DNA of 58,330 bases, counting the filler, from Barthelona sp. PAP020 (taxonomy: Eukaryota): the NCBI GenBank assembly GCA_040182905.1. It is 3 parts of 3 records of this genome, joined end to end, with 100 filler letters (N's around TTAATTAATTAA, not from the genome) between each part and the next. Parts side by side here need not be neighbours in the genome. Positions count along the whole stretch, not along the records: positions 1 to 19,402 come from JARQWU010000206.1; 2 more parts are not named here. One strand, written 5' to 3'. A program made the position numbers and the translations under genes. Below the pieces are notes generated by a model. That model saw only the letters and a program-made list of their open reading frames with translations. It searched no databases and had not been told where the DNA came from. Shown here one piece after another: positions 1-10,436 of the stretch (the stretch's first letter is position 1; each line of letters starts with the position of its first letter).

Positions 1-518
1 CGCATAAGATTTGAAATTTTCAAGATACATTTCTTTAACTATCAATCGTGATGACCTTACCATTTTTCAGTTGACAAAAATAGTGAGTTTGAAAAGAAAA
101 AATGAAGATTTCTCATGGTGACTGACCATCTTTATCAAACTGAAATGTTCAGCTTTGCTCTGTTTTCAACAAGTCCAAAACTTTATTATTACCGATTATA
201 TATTTACTGCCTGCAAAAGAAATTCCAAAAAGAACCCAATAGCAAAAAACTGCCTTTTTTTTTTTTATAAAAGTGCGTTATAGAGGTAAAGAACTTCGTA
301 AAACTTCAAACAAATGAATAACTTGAACTTTAAATGATGTTTGACAAAAGGGGAATTATAAACCTTTTAATCAGCAAGAATTCTTTGCTTTGGTCAATGA
401 AACATTTTATTTCATTGATATTTTACGTCTTCTATTAATATTTGATAAATATTCGGCATTCATGAAAATTCCAGAATTGACCTTTCTGGTCTCAAGGCAA
501 GTAACTTCGGAACTAAAA

Positions 519-1346
519 ATGAATTTTTTAAATATCATCAATCCTTGGACGATATTGGGGTTATTGTACAGTTTTATATCAATACAAATTACGATAATAT
601 TGTTTCAAAATCGTATCACATCTAACAGAACTGAAAGACCGATTGCAAAAGCCAGAAATACCTTTTTTAGAGCCATTGCACTTGCTACTGGACTTCGATC
701 CATTTTATGTATTTGGATGTTTGTAATTGACGTTCAATATGATGAAAACCACAGTCTTACTGTTGATTTCTTGTTTTCAATTCCTTCAGTGTTATATTTT
801 TTTGGATATTCTTATCTATATGTTGGATTTGCACAAACGTATCATGAATACAAAAAGGTTTATTCGAATATTTGTGGACAATTTTTACCTGTTATCAACA
901 CTTTCTTATTTTCATGTTTCATTCTTGTTTTTGCTATTTTTAAAGTAGTAAAAAAAGCAAATTTTGAATTTGCAGAAGAATATTATCATGAATTTGAAAG
1001 CATTGTATTATTTATTGCTCATTTTCCAACATTTTTTTGGGTATTGATCACCAAAAGTAATTTGTCAAAGAGTTTAATGGGTATTGAACACATGATAATT
1101 CGAAAAAAAATGAGAAGGGTTCTGTCATTTTGTGCTGCAATTTTCTTTTTGAAATCGGGTTTTATAATTTATGATCTTTTTTTTTCCAAAACTTATAATC
1201 TTCCTTTTATAGTATTTTTATTGTATCTTTTTGTTACAGAATTAGCACCAACTCAATTTGTCATAATAGCTTTAAAACCTCAAAAAGAAAAAAGAAATAG
1301 AGGTGAAAGTTTTTTGTTCAGTGATAACAGTATTGAATTCATATAA
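519..1346 (+). CDS. Multi-pass (about 7 TM) membrane protein, THH1/TOM1/TOM3 (DUF1084)-like or GPCR-like
   Basis: Seven hydrophobic segments; 'SIPSVLYFFGYSYL' and 'LYLFVTELAPT' resemble TOM1-family TM4 and TM7. The ORF-track start at 390 is TTG; ATG 519 (MNFLNIINPW) is the likely start, with ATG 462 as an alternative. Confidence 0.55.
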   Translation: MNFLNIINPWTILGLLYSFISIQITIILFQNRITSNRTERPIAKARNTFFRAIALATGLRSILCIWMFVIDVQYDENHSLTVDFLFSIPSVLYFFGYSYLYVGFAQTYHEYKKVYSNICGQFLPVINTFLFSCFILVFAIFKVVKKANFEFAEEYYHEFESIVLFIAHFPTFFWVLITKSNLSKSLMGIEHMIIRKKMRRVLSFCAAIFFLKSGFIIYDLFFSKTYNLPFIVFLLYLFVTELAPTQFVIIALKPQKEKRNRGESFLFSDNSIEFI

Positions 1347-1582
1347 AATTTTTTGTTTTTTGTTTTTGATTGATGTTCATCACAGATTGTTATTGTCAGC
1401 TAATTCTATTTTGTTCAACAAGAACTTTATTGGTGTGTTGGAATGATGACTCCTTTTATTTCCAAAACATGATGAATTGATTTTGTGAAAAGAAAAAAAA
1501 AAACATCAAAGAATAATATGGTGAAAAATTAAATATAAAAAAATAAAATATTAAGCCTTTACAATATACAAATAATCCATAA

Positions 1583-4054
1583 TCATCTATACCTACTCTT
1601 AAGATCAGCTAAACTTGCAGAACGAGAACGTTGAGGGGAAAATACATTTTTCTTTTTCTCCTCATCTTTTTCCTTCTTGTCATTGGTTTCTCGATTTTGT
1701 TTCAATTCTCGTCTTTGTTTCATCATCCTTGATAATCGAATATATTCAGGAACATCATCTTCTTCTTCAATTTTTAATTGGTCATCCAAACTAACTTCCA
1801 TATCTCTTGTTGACATTTTGTAATTTCTGATTTCTATTTCCAAACTTTTATTCTTGTTCTTTGCAGATTCTAACTGCTTTTCGATATTTATCAATTCTTC
1901 TTCTGAATTAATTAATGTTCGTTTGGTCACATCAATTCTATTACCGATGAGAACATCTTGAGTCTCAATTTCATCATATTTCATAGACAAACGCTCGGAC
2001 AATCTTTTTTGTGCAATAATTTTTGTCATTTGAGACATATTTTTCAAATTGTTTTGTTTTGTCGCAATTTCAATTTCATTCAATTGATATTCTAACTGAT
2101 CCTTCTTTTCATTGACATCATGTTCTTGCTTCATCAAAAGTTCATTCTCAGTCTTTAAATTTTCAACATTTTGTCTTGATACAATAAGAGCCTTATACAA
2201 AGAATACAATTGATTCTTATCAATAACCGCATCATCATCAGGTAAATCTTCAATTTTAAAAGTTACTTCAGGAATATCTGCAATGAAATCTTTTTCATAA
2301 ACTGTCAAAGAATTAATTTCATCATCAATTTCTTGAATAGTTTTTTGTGTTCTCTCAATTCTTGTTTTACCGATTTCCAACATTTTTTTCATAACATCAA
2401 CCATTTTATCAATTGCACTGGAAGAATCACTAGAATCTACGCCCATTTTGCGAGTTTCTTCAATTCTTTGTATCAATTCAATCATTCTTTCATCTAATGT
2501 TTTCAATTCAAATTCCTTTTGCTCAAAATCCAATTGATGTTTCAATAATTCAGATTGTAGTGCAGAATTTTCATTTCGTAACTTTTCTAAATCTTCAGGT
2601 GTTACATCACCAACAATATTCAAAGATTTTTCAATCATAGCGATTTGATTTTTCAAAGATTGTACATCCAACATTTTACCATCAACAATTAAATTTACAC
2701 GATTAATTTCATCTCGTAAAGCTTGAGTTTCATTGATATATTTTTCTTGCATTCTTTCGATTTCAATCTGTTTATCAAAATCTCTTTCCATTTGTTCATC
2801 ATTCGCCGATTCTAATGCCTCTTCATCATTCGCAGAAGTATTTTCATCCGTTTCAGTAAAAGGATTCGCAATATTTGGATCATAATCAGGACTTTTCATC
2901 CATTCAATTGTCTTTTTTAACATAACGGTTTTCTTCGAATGTTTTGCCAATTTTTCTTTCAATGTTTCAATTTCTTTCATCATTTCTTCAGGAGATCTAA
3001 CTTGATTGACTTTAGCCTTTAATTTAATGGCTTTTGCACGTTTTCCAAATTCTAAAGTGGAGATGGTCTCATCAACATTAAAAATATGAGGTGAAGCACC
3101 AATCATCAATGTTGTTTTACAATTTCCTCCCAAAGCTTCTTGTAAAATTCTCGTAAGCTTAGAATTTCTGAAAGGTACGAACTTACCTTTTACAATTGCA
3201 TTAATACAAGAACCTAAGACACTAAGAGATTGATTAATAGCCATACCTTCTTTCATTTGATCTCCTTCACATTGAGTTTTAGAAAGTTTCTCAGATCCAG
3301 CTAAATCTACAAGATTCAAAGTGGCAGCAGTTTTTCTTCCATGAGAATCTTTTTGTTCAATAGTAACCATAAAAACAGAATGGGATCGGGAAGAAACTGC
3401 ATTCATATCAGTAGCAGCAACACTACGTGCTTCTTCACCTGCATTTAACAATGCCATGATATCATCAATTGTATAGACAGGAATTTCTGAAAGACCTTCA
3501 ACAAAAATACCACGCTCCTTAGTATGATGTACTGCTAAATTTACTTTGTTTTGGTCCAACAAATCATTGATTTGTTCATTATAAATTTCTAAAAATGAAC
3601 ATTTGATTGTATATTCAACCCCTTCTCTCTCATCATTCATAATATGGTCAAATATATCTTGTGCAGCTCTTGGAATAACCCCACGTTTTTCTAAATCAGT
3701 TAAAGAAGCTCCAAACATCGTAAAAGACTAATTGTTAGATAAAATTCAAAAAAAAATACATACTTTGCCGCTTCCAGTTTGACCATACGCAAACATAGTT
3801 CCGTGATATCCTTTAAACAAATCATCAACAATAAACTTTGCACTTCCATTGTACATATCAATTTGTTGAGTATCTGGTGGAAAAACACGATCAAAATTAT
3901 ATTTCTTTTTGCCTTTAGGTCCAGCATCGATTACAACAGTAGATTCAGAAATAAAATTTGAAACGATCACTTCTTCAATTGGTCTATCTCCTTGTTCTTC
4001 ACGTTCTCTTCCATTGATAGGACGAAATCGAGCTACAACTTTAACAGAGGTCAT
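1583..4054 (-). CDS. Kinesin heavy chain-like (kinesin-1 type) motor, 2 exons (4054-3764, 3727-1583), 811 aa
   Basis: Exon 1 runs VKVVARFRP...FAYGQTGSGK and splices in frame to SFTMFG in exon 2. Exon 2 has NAVSSRSH (switch I), LVDLAGSE (switch II), VPFRNSKLTRILQEALGGN, ETISTLEFGKRAK and a long coiled coil. This joins ORF-track ORFs 3746..4054 and 1583..3718. Confidence 0.93.
3728..3763 (-). other. 36-nt spliceosomal intron (phase 0) in the kinesin P-loop
   Basis: Minus strand reads GTATGTATTTTTTTTTGAATTTTATCTAACAATTAG: GTATGT donor, CTAAC branch point, TAG acceptor. It contains in-frame stops, and its removal restores GQTGSGK|SFTM. Confidence 0.93.
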
Positions 4055-4459
4055 ATTAAAAAAAAAAGTTGTTTCATTTTCCCACCAAAGAATTTTTTTT
4101 TTTTTTTAAATAAATTTACATTTTTTGTGCTTACCAATTGATTCTTGAAAAAACAACAAAAAAATAAAATCCATTTGAAAATTACAAAAACAATATTTTT
4201 GATTCTTGTCTTTAATCTGTCTTTTTCTCAAAAAAAACAAAATAAATTATTCTTTATTGAGAGAGCATTGTTTTCAAAGAGTACAAATGACAATGATTTA
4301 ACAAAAAAATGGAAACAAAAAAAAAAAAAAGAGGAAAAGTTCAAACAAATACTTTATAAATAACAGACATTGCAAGTAGAACAATAATATAAAGCTTTAA
4401 AAAAAAAAAATCTATCAATGATAAATTGTTGAAAAACGAAAAAAAAGAATAAAAAGATA

Positions 4460-5821
4460 TCAATTCTTCGCAGTCCTTTTAAAAAGCAATCGACAAAAAA
4501 ATAATTGTGTCAAAGGTGTTAATAAAATGAAAACAAAAAACTCTGAATTCAAAAAAAAATCATGATTAACCTTCTTAACGTTCAAAGAAATGATGAAATA
4601 ATAAATTGAAAGACAAACTTTCAAAACGTTATAATATTTTGGGGCCTCAAAAATTTTCAAAGGGGAAGCAAAAAAAATCACACAACCTAATTTGATTGAT
4701 TTAAAGTCTTTCAAATTTAAATATTTCAGAATTTTACCAACTAAAATTGCTTGAGATGCAAAAATTATCAAATTAACACACAAAATAAATTCAAATAATG
4801 GATTGAAAAAGGCTTCAATTAAAAAAGACTCATGTTTTTTTTTCAAACGTTCCCAAAGAAAATTTAAAAGTTTTCTATTTTTTTGAATTTTTCTTTTTTT
4901 ATTTTTGATTTTTTGATTCGTACTTAATATATCTATAATAGAAAGACTATATATTGAATCTATTGATAACATTAAACGAACTGTTAAAAACACTTTCACA
5001 GAAATGTCGTACCATATTCTTTCATCTGTAAAATTTTTGTTGTTCAAAGCAGATGCATACATAAATGTGATGTGTAAAAACAAAATAAATTTCCTAACAA
5101 TGGTGAAACTAAAAACAACAAATAATTTTTCACACTGAATATAAGTATAAAAAAACAGACAAAATATTATCTCAATGGTAGAACATACATATAAAATTTT
5201 TAAACTGGTACTGTTGAAAGAATAAAAATCCAAAAACTTTTCAAACAAAAAGTTCAACAGAAAGAAAAAGGAAATGGAAAAAAAGGTAACAAAAATGGAT
5301 GTCGATGAATATAAAGCAATTTTTTTCTTACTTAATCTGTAAAATATGAAATCGTATGATAATTTTCCAAAAAAAATCAACATTCCAACAGGAAACAAAA
5401 ATATGGGATGCAATTTTAGATAATGCGTGCAATATAATACATCTACACTCAATGAAAATATAATAGAAATGACATTACCAGAAAGAAACAACAAAATAGA
5501 AAAGATCAATAAAATTAAATCAGTCAACCATGAAGAAGTCAATATATTCTCTACAAATCGAAAATACCAGCAATCAAAAGATGTAACTTCTTTCTCAATA
5601 ATTACAGATGGAACAGTAGAAATGAACTTAAAATTTTGAAAAAGTAGCAAAAATAAAGACCAAAATGATATACATGCAGGATTCAAAGGATTTAATGGTA
5701 AAAAATTCGATTCAAAAACCTTCGAAATGTTCTTATAATAACTAATACAATAAATTGGCTGAAAAGTATCTTTTTTCATTTCTTTTAGTCTCTTCATGGA
5801 TGCTATATTTCCATCTGCCAT
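4460..5821 (-). CDS. Hypothetical polytopic membrane protein
   Basis: About 450-aa ORF, Phe/Leu/Ile-rich with roughly 10 hydrophobic segments. Likely ATG 5821 (MADGNIAS). No family recognised. Confidence 0.55.
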   Translation of the reverse strand: MADGNIASMKRLKEMKKDTFQPIYCISYYKNISKVFESNFLPLNPLNPACISFWSLFLLLFQNFKFISTVPSVIIEKEVTSFDCWYFRFVENILTSSWLTDLILLIFSILLFLSGNVISIIFSLSVDVLYCTHYLKLHPIFLFPVGMLIFFGKLSYDFIFYRLSKKKIALYSSTSIFVTFFSISFFFLLNFLFEKFLDFYSFNSTSLKILYVCSTIEIIFCLFFYTYIQCEKLFVVFSFTIVRKFILFLHITFMYASALNNKNFTDERIWYDISVKVFLTVRLMLSIDSIYSLSIIDILSTNQKIKNKKRKIQKNRKLLNFLWERLKKKHESFLIEAFFNPLFEFILCVNLIIFASQAILVGKILKYLNLKDFKSIKLGCVIFFASPLKIFEAPKYYNVLKVCLSIYYFIISLNVKKVNHDFFLNSEFFVFILLTPLTQLFFCRLLFKRTAKN

Positions 5822-6056
5822 ATCTTTCAAATAAAATTTTGAAAAGAATAAAATCAAAAAGAATTAATCTCAAAAAATTCAAAAAAGGACCCAGAATTCT
5901 TTCACGCATATCAAGTATTTACGGTTATTTGTATTCAAACAACAAAATTTCAGCATAATGATCGAATGATTGCAAAAGAAAAAAAAAATTTGGTTTTATA
6001 CAGTTCATTTTTTATTTTTAATTTTAATGGTTTTCTGATGAATTATTGCTTTTTCA

Positions 6057-9000
6057 ATGGGTGAAAAATATAACAATCAAAAAACTGAAGAAAATAATTC
6101 TAAAAGAATGCTTACAATACTGGCAATTTTAACTTTTATATTAATAATGATTTTTGCATTTATATCAAGTCAATCGTATGAATCTATTATACTTGATTTA
6201 AATTCTAAACAGGAAACTATTGAAAAATTATACTTTGAAGAGTTTGCAAATTTTTTTTATTTAAGTATTGACCCTAAAATTATAAATTGGGATGTAAATT
6301 ATGATAATAAAGGTAGTTATATTAATTCTCAAGTATTTTATCTGAGACAAATTTTACAAAACAAAAAAGTTGATTATAACATTCATATTAATCAAACTAT
6401 TGAAGATAAATATTGGCTATTTGCCACAGATACGAAATTGTATTTTAATAATGGTACTTTAAGCAACAACAAATGTTATTTTCAAGATTATTCTTCAAAT
6501 ACAGTTAAAAATTATGGAATGTTTGTAAATTACACAACTAATATTATTGAGAAGATTTCTAATGAATTTACTTTGTATTTAGACCATGATCCAAGACAAA
6601 TTTTTTTGAATAATACTTTAACTTTGGATATTGGAGGAGTTTCCACAAACATCCAATGTAAGAGTCGTATTTATTCAACATCTTTTACTGTATTTAATAT
6701 TTTTGAAAGCTTTTTATTGTTTGATGGTGTCAGTCATGTTTCTTTTGGAAGAATTTACAGTAACGAAAGCTATGTTTCAATAATAAAAAATTTTTATCCA
6801 TTTTCTAACGCTACAACGGATAAAAAATTGAAATCAATTGTGCAAATGTTTGAAACTGTTTTAGAATGGCCTTTAGAAACCAAGAATTTTCCTATGTATG
6901 TTCAAATTGAGTTTTTAGTTCACAAAATTGATTGTTTTAATGTAAAAGTGGGAAGTAATGCAATTATGGCTGTTACTGCAGCTGTTCCTTCTAGATCTCC
7001 AGATCCTGTTTTGATTATTGGAAGATGTTTTATTATTTTGGTTCATTTGTGTGCTTGTGGATTATTTTTAATTATCTATTTGAAGTTACAGCAAAAATCC
7101 ACTCAACAAATAACCAATCAGACAATGGAATCATTCACAATTCAAAAATTAAATGAAGAAAAAATTCAATTGGTTGAAGCATTGGTAATTGCTCAACGTT
7201 TTAGAAGGAGATTGCTCACAAATATTTCACATGAGTTGAAAACACCATTAAATGCTATTATTGGTTTAACAAGTTTAATATTAGCTGAAAAAACCTCAGA
7301 GTTGAATCCTGAAATACGTGAAAAAATTCAACATGTTTATTCTTGTGGAAATCAATTGACTTCTTTCCTTTCAGATATGTTAGACCTTGCGCCTGGACCA
7401 CAACTCACTGCAAACAATTTTAATGATAATGCAGAAATGAATGAGTTAGATCCTGCTTCAGTATTTAAAAAGTTATTTAATGCTTATGACAATCAAATTA
7501 GTTTAATAACACCTTTTTACGAGAAATTACCATTGGATATCCCTTCAATGAATTCATTAAAAATTTTGTTTTCTTTGCTGTTGGAACACAGTTTAACTTC
7601 TTTTTCAGTTACACCTACCATTGAAATTGAGCTTCAAATCATTCCCGCACTCAGGCTATCAAGTATTAATTTTTTCGAACAGCAAAACACAAATATGACT
7701 GGATCAAATTCTTCAATTTCTTATATTCCCAGTGTTATTTCACACGATGATCAAATGTTGTATTCTGCTAATTCATCGTTACATCACCTTTCTTCGCATG
7801 GAACAACTAGTCATCATTTGTTTAATCCCTATTTTTTTGATGATGCAAAAGATTCTTCTAAATCTGCTCAAAAACACGATATTTTACATTTCATCATTTC
7901 CATCAAAGATTTGTCAGAAAAAGATTATCCTTTGCAACTACCTGATGCTTTATTGACAAAAGATTACAATAATACTGGATTATCTCAAACAAATCATGGT
8001 GTTTCAAATAAAGAATTGAAACGTACATTGATCAATGAGGTTGTGAGTTCTTTTCCTGGTAAAATTTGGGTTCATGAAAATAGTTTCCATATTAGTGTTA
8101 CACCTTCAACAATGAGTTCTGAACCAAGTGATAATATTGCTTTTTCTCAATTTGAATCATTGACATTGTTTTTGGGGTGTCGTGTTGTATTATTTCATTT
8201 ACCAAATGATATTGCCAATACTTTGTCTGGAATGTTGTTAAGATGGGGATTTTTCCCATATGTTACTGAAGATTTAGATGAAGTATATCAAATGGTTCAC
8301 ACAGAATCTTGCGATTTGATTTTCCTTTCAGCAAGTTTGGACCAAGAAATTGTCACAAATTTATTAAAAGCATTCCAAAAAGGTGATGAAGGATTCTCTT
8401 CATTAACCAATTTCCGTACTATATGTTGTGGTGAAGCAACAAAAACTAGAAGATTACATGATTTAAATGAGTTTCCACTTCCATTTGTTCAATTACCTTT
8501 AAGATCTTCATTCATATATGAAAAGTTAATTGTTGTATGTCAACAAATTAGAGCTGTGGAAAAATCGAGACAAGATCTTGACATAGATTACCATATTGTT
8601 GATACAATACATTCAGAACGTTCGGTTAAAACGACGGATATTGATGAAAATTTGGAAAAAAATTTAGATATTATTGTTGATGAAAGTATGGATGATAAAA
8701 GAACAGCTAAATTATTAATTGCTGATGATAATGCTTTAAATTCTGCTGTTTTAAAATCAATTTTAAATATGTTAGGTCAAGTTGATATAACTATTGTGGA
8801 TAATGGGTTAAAAGCTGTCGAAATATGCACAAGATATCATTTTGACATAGTTTTTATGGATATTGGAATGCCTGTTATGGATGGAATGGTTGCTTTAAAA
8901 AAAATTAGAAACGATATCTCCAGTGATTTTCAACCCATTTATATTTTAGCCATCACAGCAGATACTGAAAATGATGCTAGAGATAGGTATAGTGCATTTG

Positions 9001-9308
9001 ACGGTTATTGTCCAAAACCATTAGATTTATCGTCGTTCTATTGCTTTTCCAGATCATATTTCGAGAAATTAGGTTTCTGTTTGAAACAACCTGAAGGTCA
9101 AGGCATTGTTGTGAAAAAAAATAAACTTAACATTAACTCAAAGACATATAAAACTGACAATCCAAATGATGTCAGTGTGCAAATAACAAATACAACTGAA
9201 GATAATTCTGTCAAAGATAATTCGGAAATTTCTTTACTTTCAGTTTCATCTGATAGTGATGATGATAACTTATCATTGGTATCTTCAATGGCTTGTGATT
9301 CCGATTAG
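6057..9308 (+). CDS. Membrane-bound hybrid histidine kinase (TM-sensor-TM-HisKA-degenerate HATPase-degenerate REC-REC)
   Basis: H-box NISHELKTPLNAIIG (His codon 7230). C-terminal receiver LLIADDN...FDIVFMDIGMPVMDG...ILAITA...PKP. Two TM helices flank a ~280-aa extracytoplasmic region. Confidence 0.9.
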   Translation: MGEKYNNQKTEENNSKRMLTILAILTFILIMIFAFISSQSYESIILDLNSKQETIEKLYFEEFANFFYLSIDPKIINWDVNYDNKGSYINSQVFYLRQILQNKKVDYNIHINQTIEDKYWLFATDTKLYFNNGTLSNNKCYFQDYSSNTVKNYGMFVNYTTNIIEKISNEFTLYLDHDPRQIFLNNTLTLDIGGVSTNIQCKSRIYSTSFTVFNIFESFLLFDGVSHVSFGRIYSNESYVSIIKNFYPFSNATTDKKLKSIVQMFETVLEWPLETKNFPMYVQIEFLVHKIDCFNVKVGSNAIMAVTAAVPSRSPDPVLIIGRCFIILVHLCACGLFLIIYLKLQQKSTQQITNQTMESFTIQKLNEEKIQLVEALVIAQRFRRRLLTNISHELKTPLNAIIGLTSLILAEKTSELNPEIREKIQHVYSCGNQLTSFLSDMLDLAPGPQLTANNFNDNAEMNELDPASVFKKLFNAYDNQISLITPFYEKLPLDIPSMNSLKILFSLLLEHSLTSFSVTPTIEIELQIIPALRLSSINFFEQQNTNMTGSNSSISYIPSVISHDDQMLYSANSSLHHLSSHGTTSHHLFNPYFFDDAKDSSKSAQKHDILHFIISIKDLSEKDYPLQLPDALLTKDYNNTGLSQTNHGVSNKELKRTLINEVVSSFPGKIWVHENSFHISVTPSTMSSEPSDNIAFSQFESLTLFLGCRVVLFHLPNDIANTLSGMLLRWGFFPYVTEDLDEVYQMVHTESCDLIFLSASLDQEIVTNLLKAFQKGDEGFSSLTNFRTICCGEATKTRRLHDLNEFPLPFVQLPLRSSFIYEKLIVVCQQIRAVEKSRQDLDIDYHIVDTIHSERSVKTTDIDENLEKNLDIIVDESMDDKRTAKLLIADDNALNSAVLKSILNMLGQVDITIVDNGLKAVEICTRYHFDIVFMDIGMPVMDGMVALKKIRNDISSDFQPIYILAITADTENDARDRYSAFDGYCPKPLDLSSFYCFSRSYFEKLGFCLKQPEGQGIVVKKNKLNINSKTYKTDNPNDVSVQITNTTEDNSVKDNSEISLLSVSSDSDDDNLSLVSSMACDSD

Positions 9309-9739
9309 AATTCTGATAGTCATATTGTCATCCCTTTTATAAAATAATTTATGAATTTTCACAATAAAATTTTTTTTATTTGTTTATACAATATATATTA
9401 TAGAAAAAAGATATCCCTAGAGTTTGGGGTTAATGCTGAGAAGTTTGAATGGCCAATTTATCTGGGACTGGCGTTTTCGAGAAATCAACGATCTCAAAAA
9501 CAAAAAAAAAAAAAGAAGAAACTGTGGTCTGTATTATAAGGTTGGTATATGAAAGTCAGAATACTTAAAATTTTTCCGTCTGAAAATTTCCGTCCAAAAG
9601 TCAATTTCGGATCTCTTTTGCACATTCTTGTTATCTCTCTTCTCAGCTGCTTAATATATTTATTATGGAAGTTCATGCTCAATGAACGGAATTTATTGGA
9701 GATATAAAGAGGTCATCAAATATCACTTTTTTTATTTGT

Positions 9740-10059
9740 TTGGTCCAGTTGTGAAACAACTATATTTATTTACAAAGAAAGAAAACTCAGAAAACTCATT
9801 CTAGCAAATTTCAGTCAAAATCTCAGGAGGGGAATTGAGGGACTGAAATGTAATTGGAACGATCAAGTAGGAGAATTTCGGAGAAATTCTTCATTCCTAT
9901 TTTTTTGTATTTTTGCAAAAGCAAAATTTTAAAGTTTAAACTTTACCTTAGAAAATCTAAAGTTTTTCAGCAGATCAGTCGGGCCTCGAAAGCCTTTAAC
10001 CGAATAAACCCATTCTTTTTTGTTTGCTCATACGCACATTGCTTCTTGGCTTGGAAATA
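9740..10059 (+). repeat. Dispersed ~320-bp repeat unit, copy A (long-TIR/foldback-type non-autonomous element arm)
   Basis: Reverse complement aligns along its length with 57811-58125 and 18497-18807. Runs from TTGGTCCAGTTGTGAAACAACT to GCTTCTTGGCTTGGAAATA. Confidence 0.85.
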
Positions 10060-10436
10060 GTTTGTGTTTTATCAATGTTAGATCTTTTTTTCCTTTGATT
10101 TCAACTTGATTAATCAATTGCTGTTTTTCATTCAGCCATATCTCACTCTTTTCTTCCCTCTTTCTCACAAAGCAAACTGTTCATTTCCCATTTCAGTAAA
10201 TAGATCATCAACATTTATTTCATTATTCAAGTGCATAATCACTTGGGCAATATTTTCAAGCTTTTAAAGATTTGAAAACACTCAGGAAAAAATTTTCAAA
10301 TGTCATACTTTTGAATGAAAAAACACACCTATATTTCTTTAATTATTATTTTTCTCCAACTTTATTGTTTAAAAGTTCAAAAGTTCAAAAAAAAGGAAAT
10401 GTGTGGGGTTTATAAATATATATTACCAAGATTCAC

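Noticed and set aside
48..125. Possible C/D box snoRNA (GTGATGA ... CTGA)
   Set aside because: No terminal stem and no recognisable rRNA-complementary guide; such motifs arise by chance.
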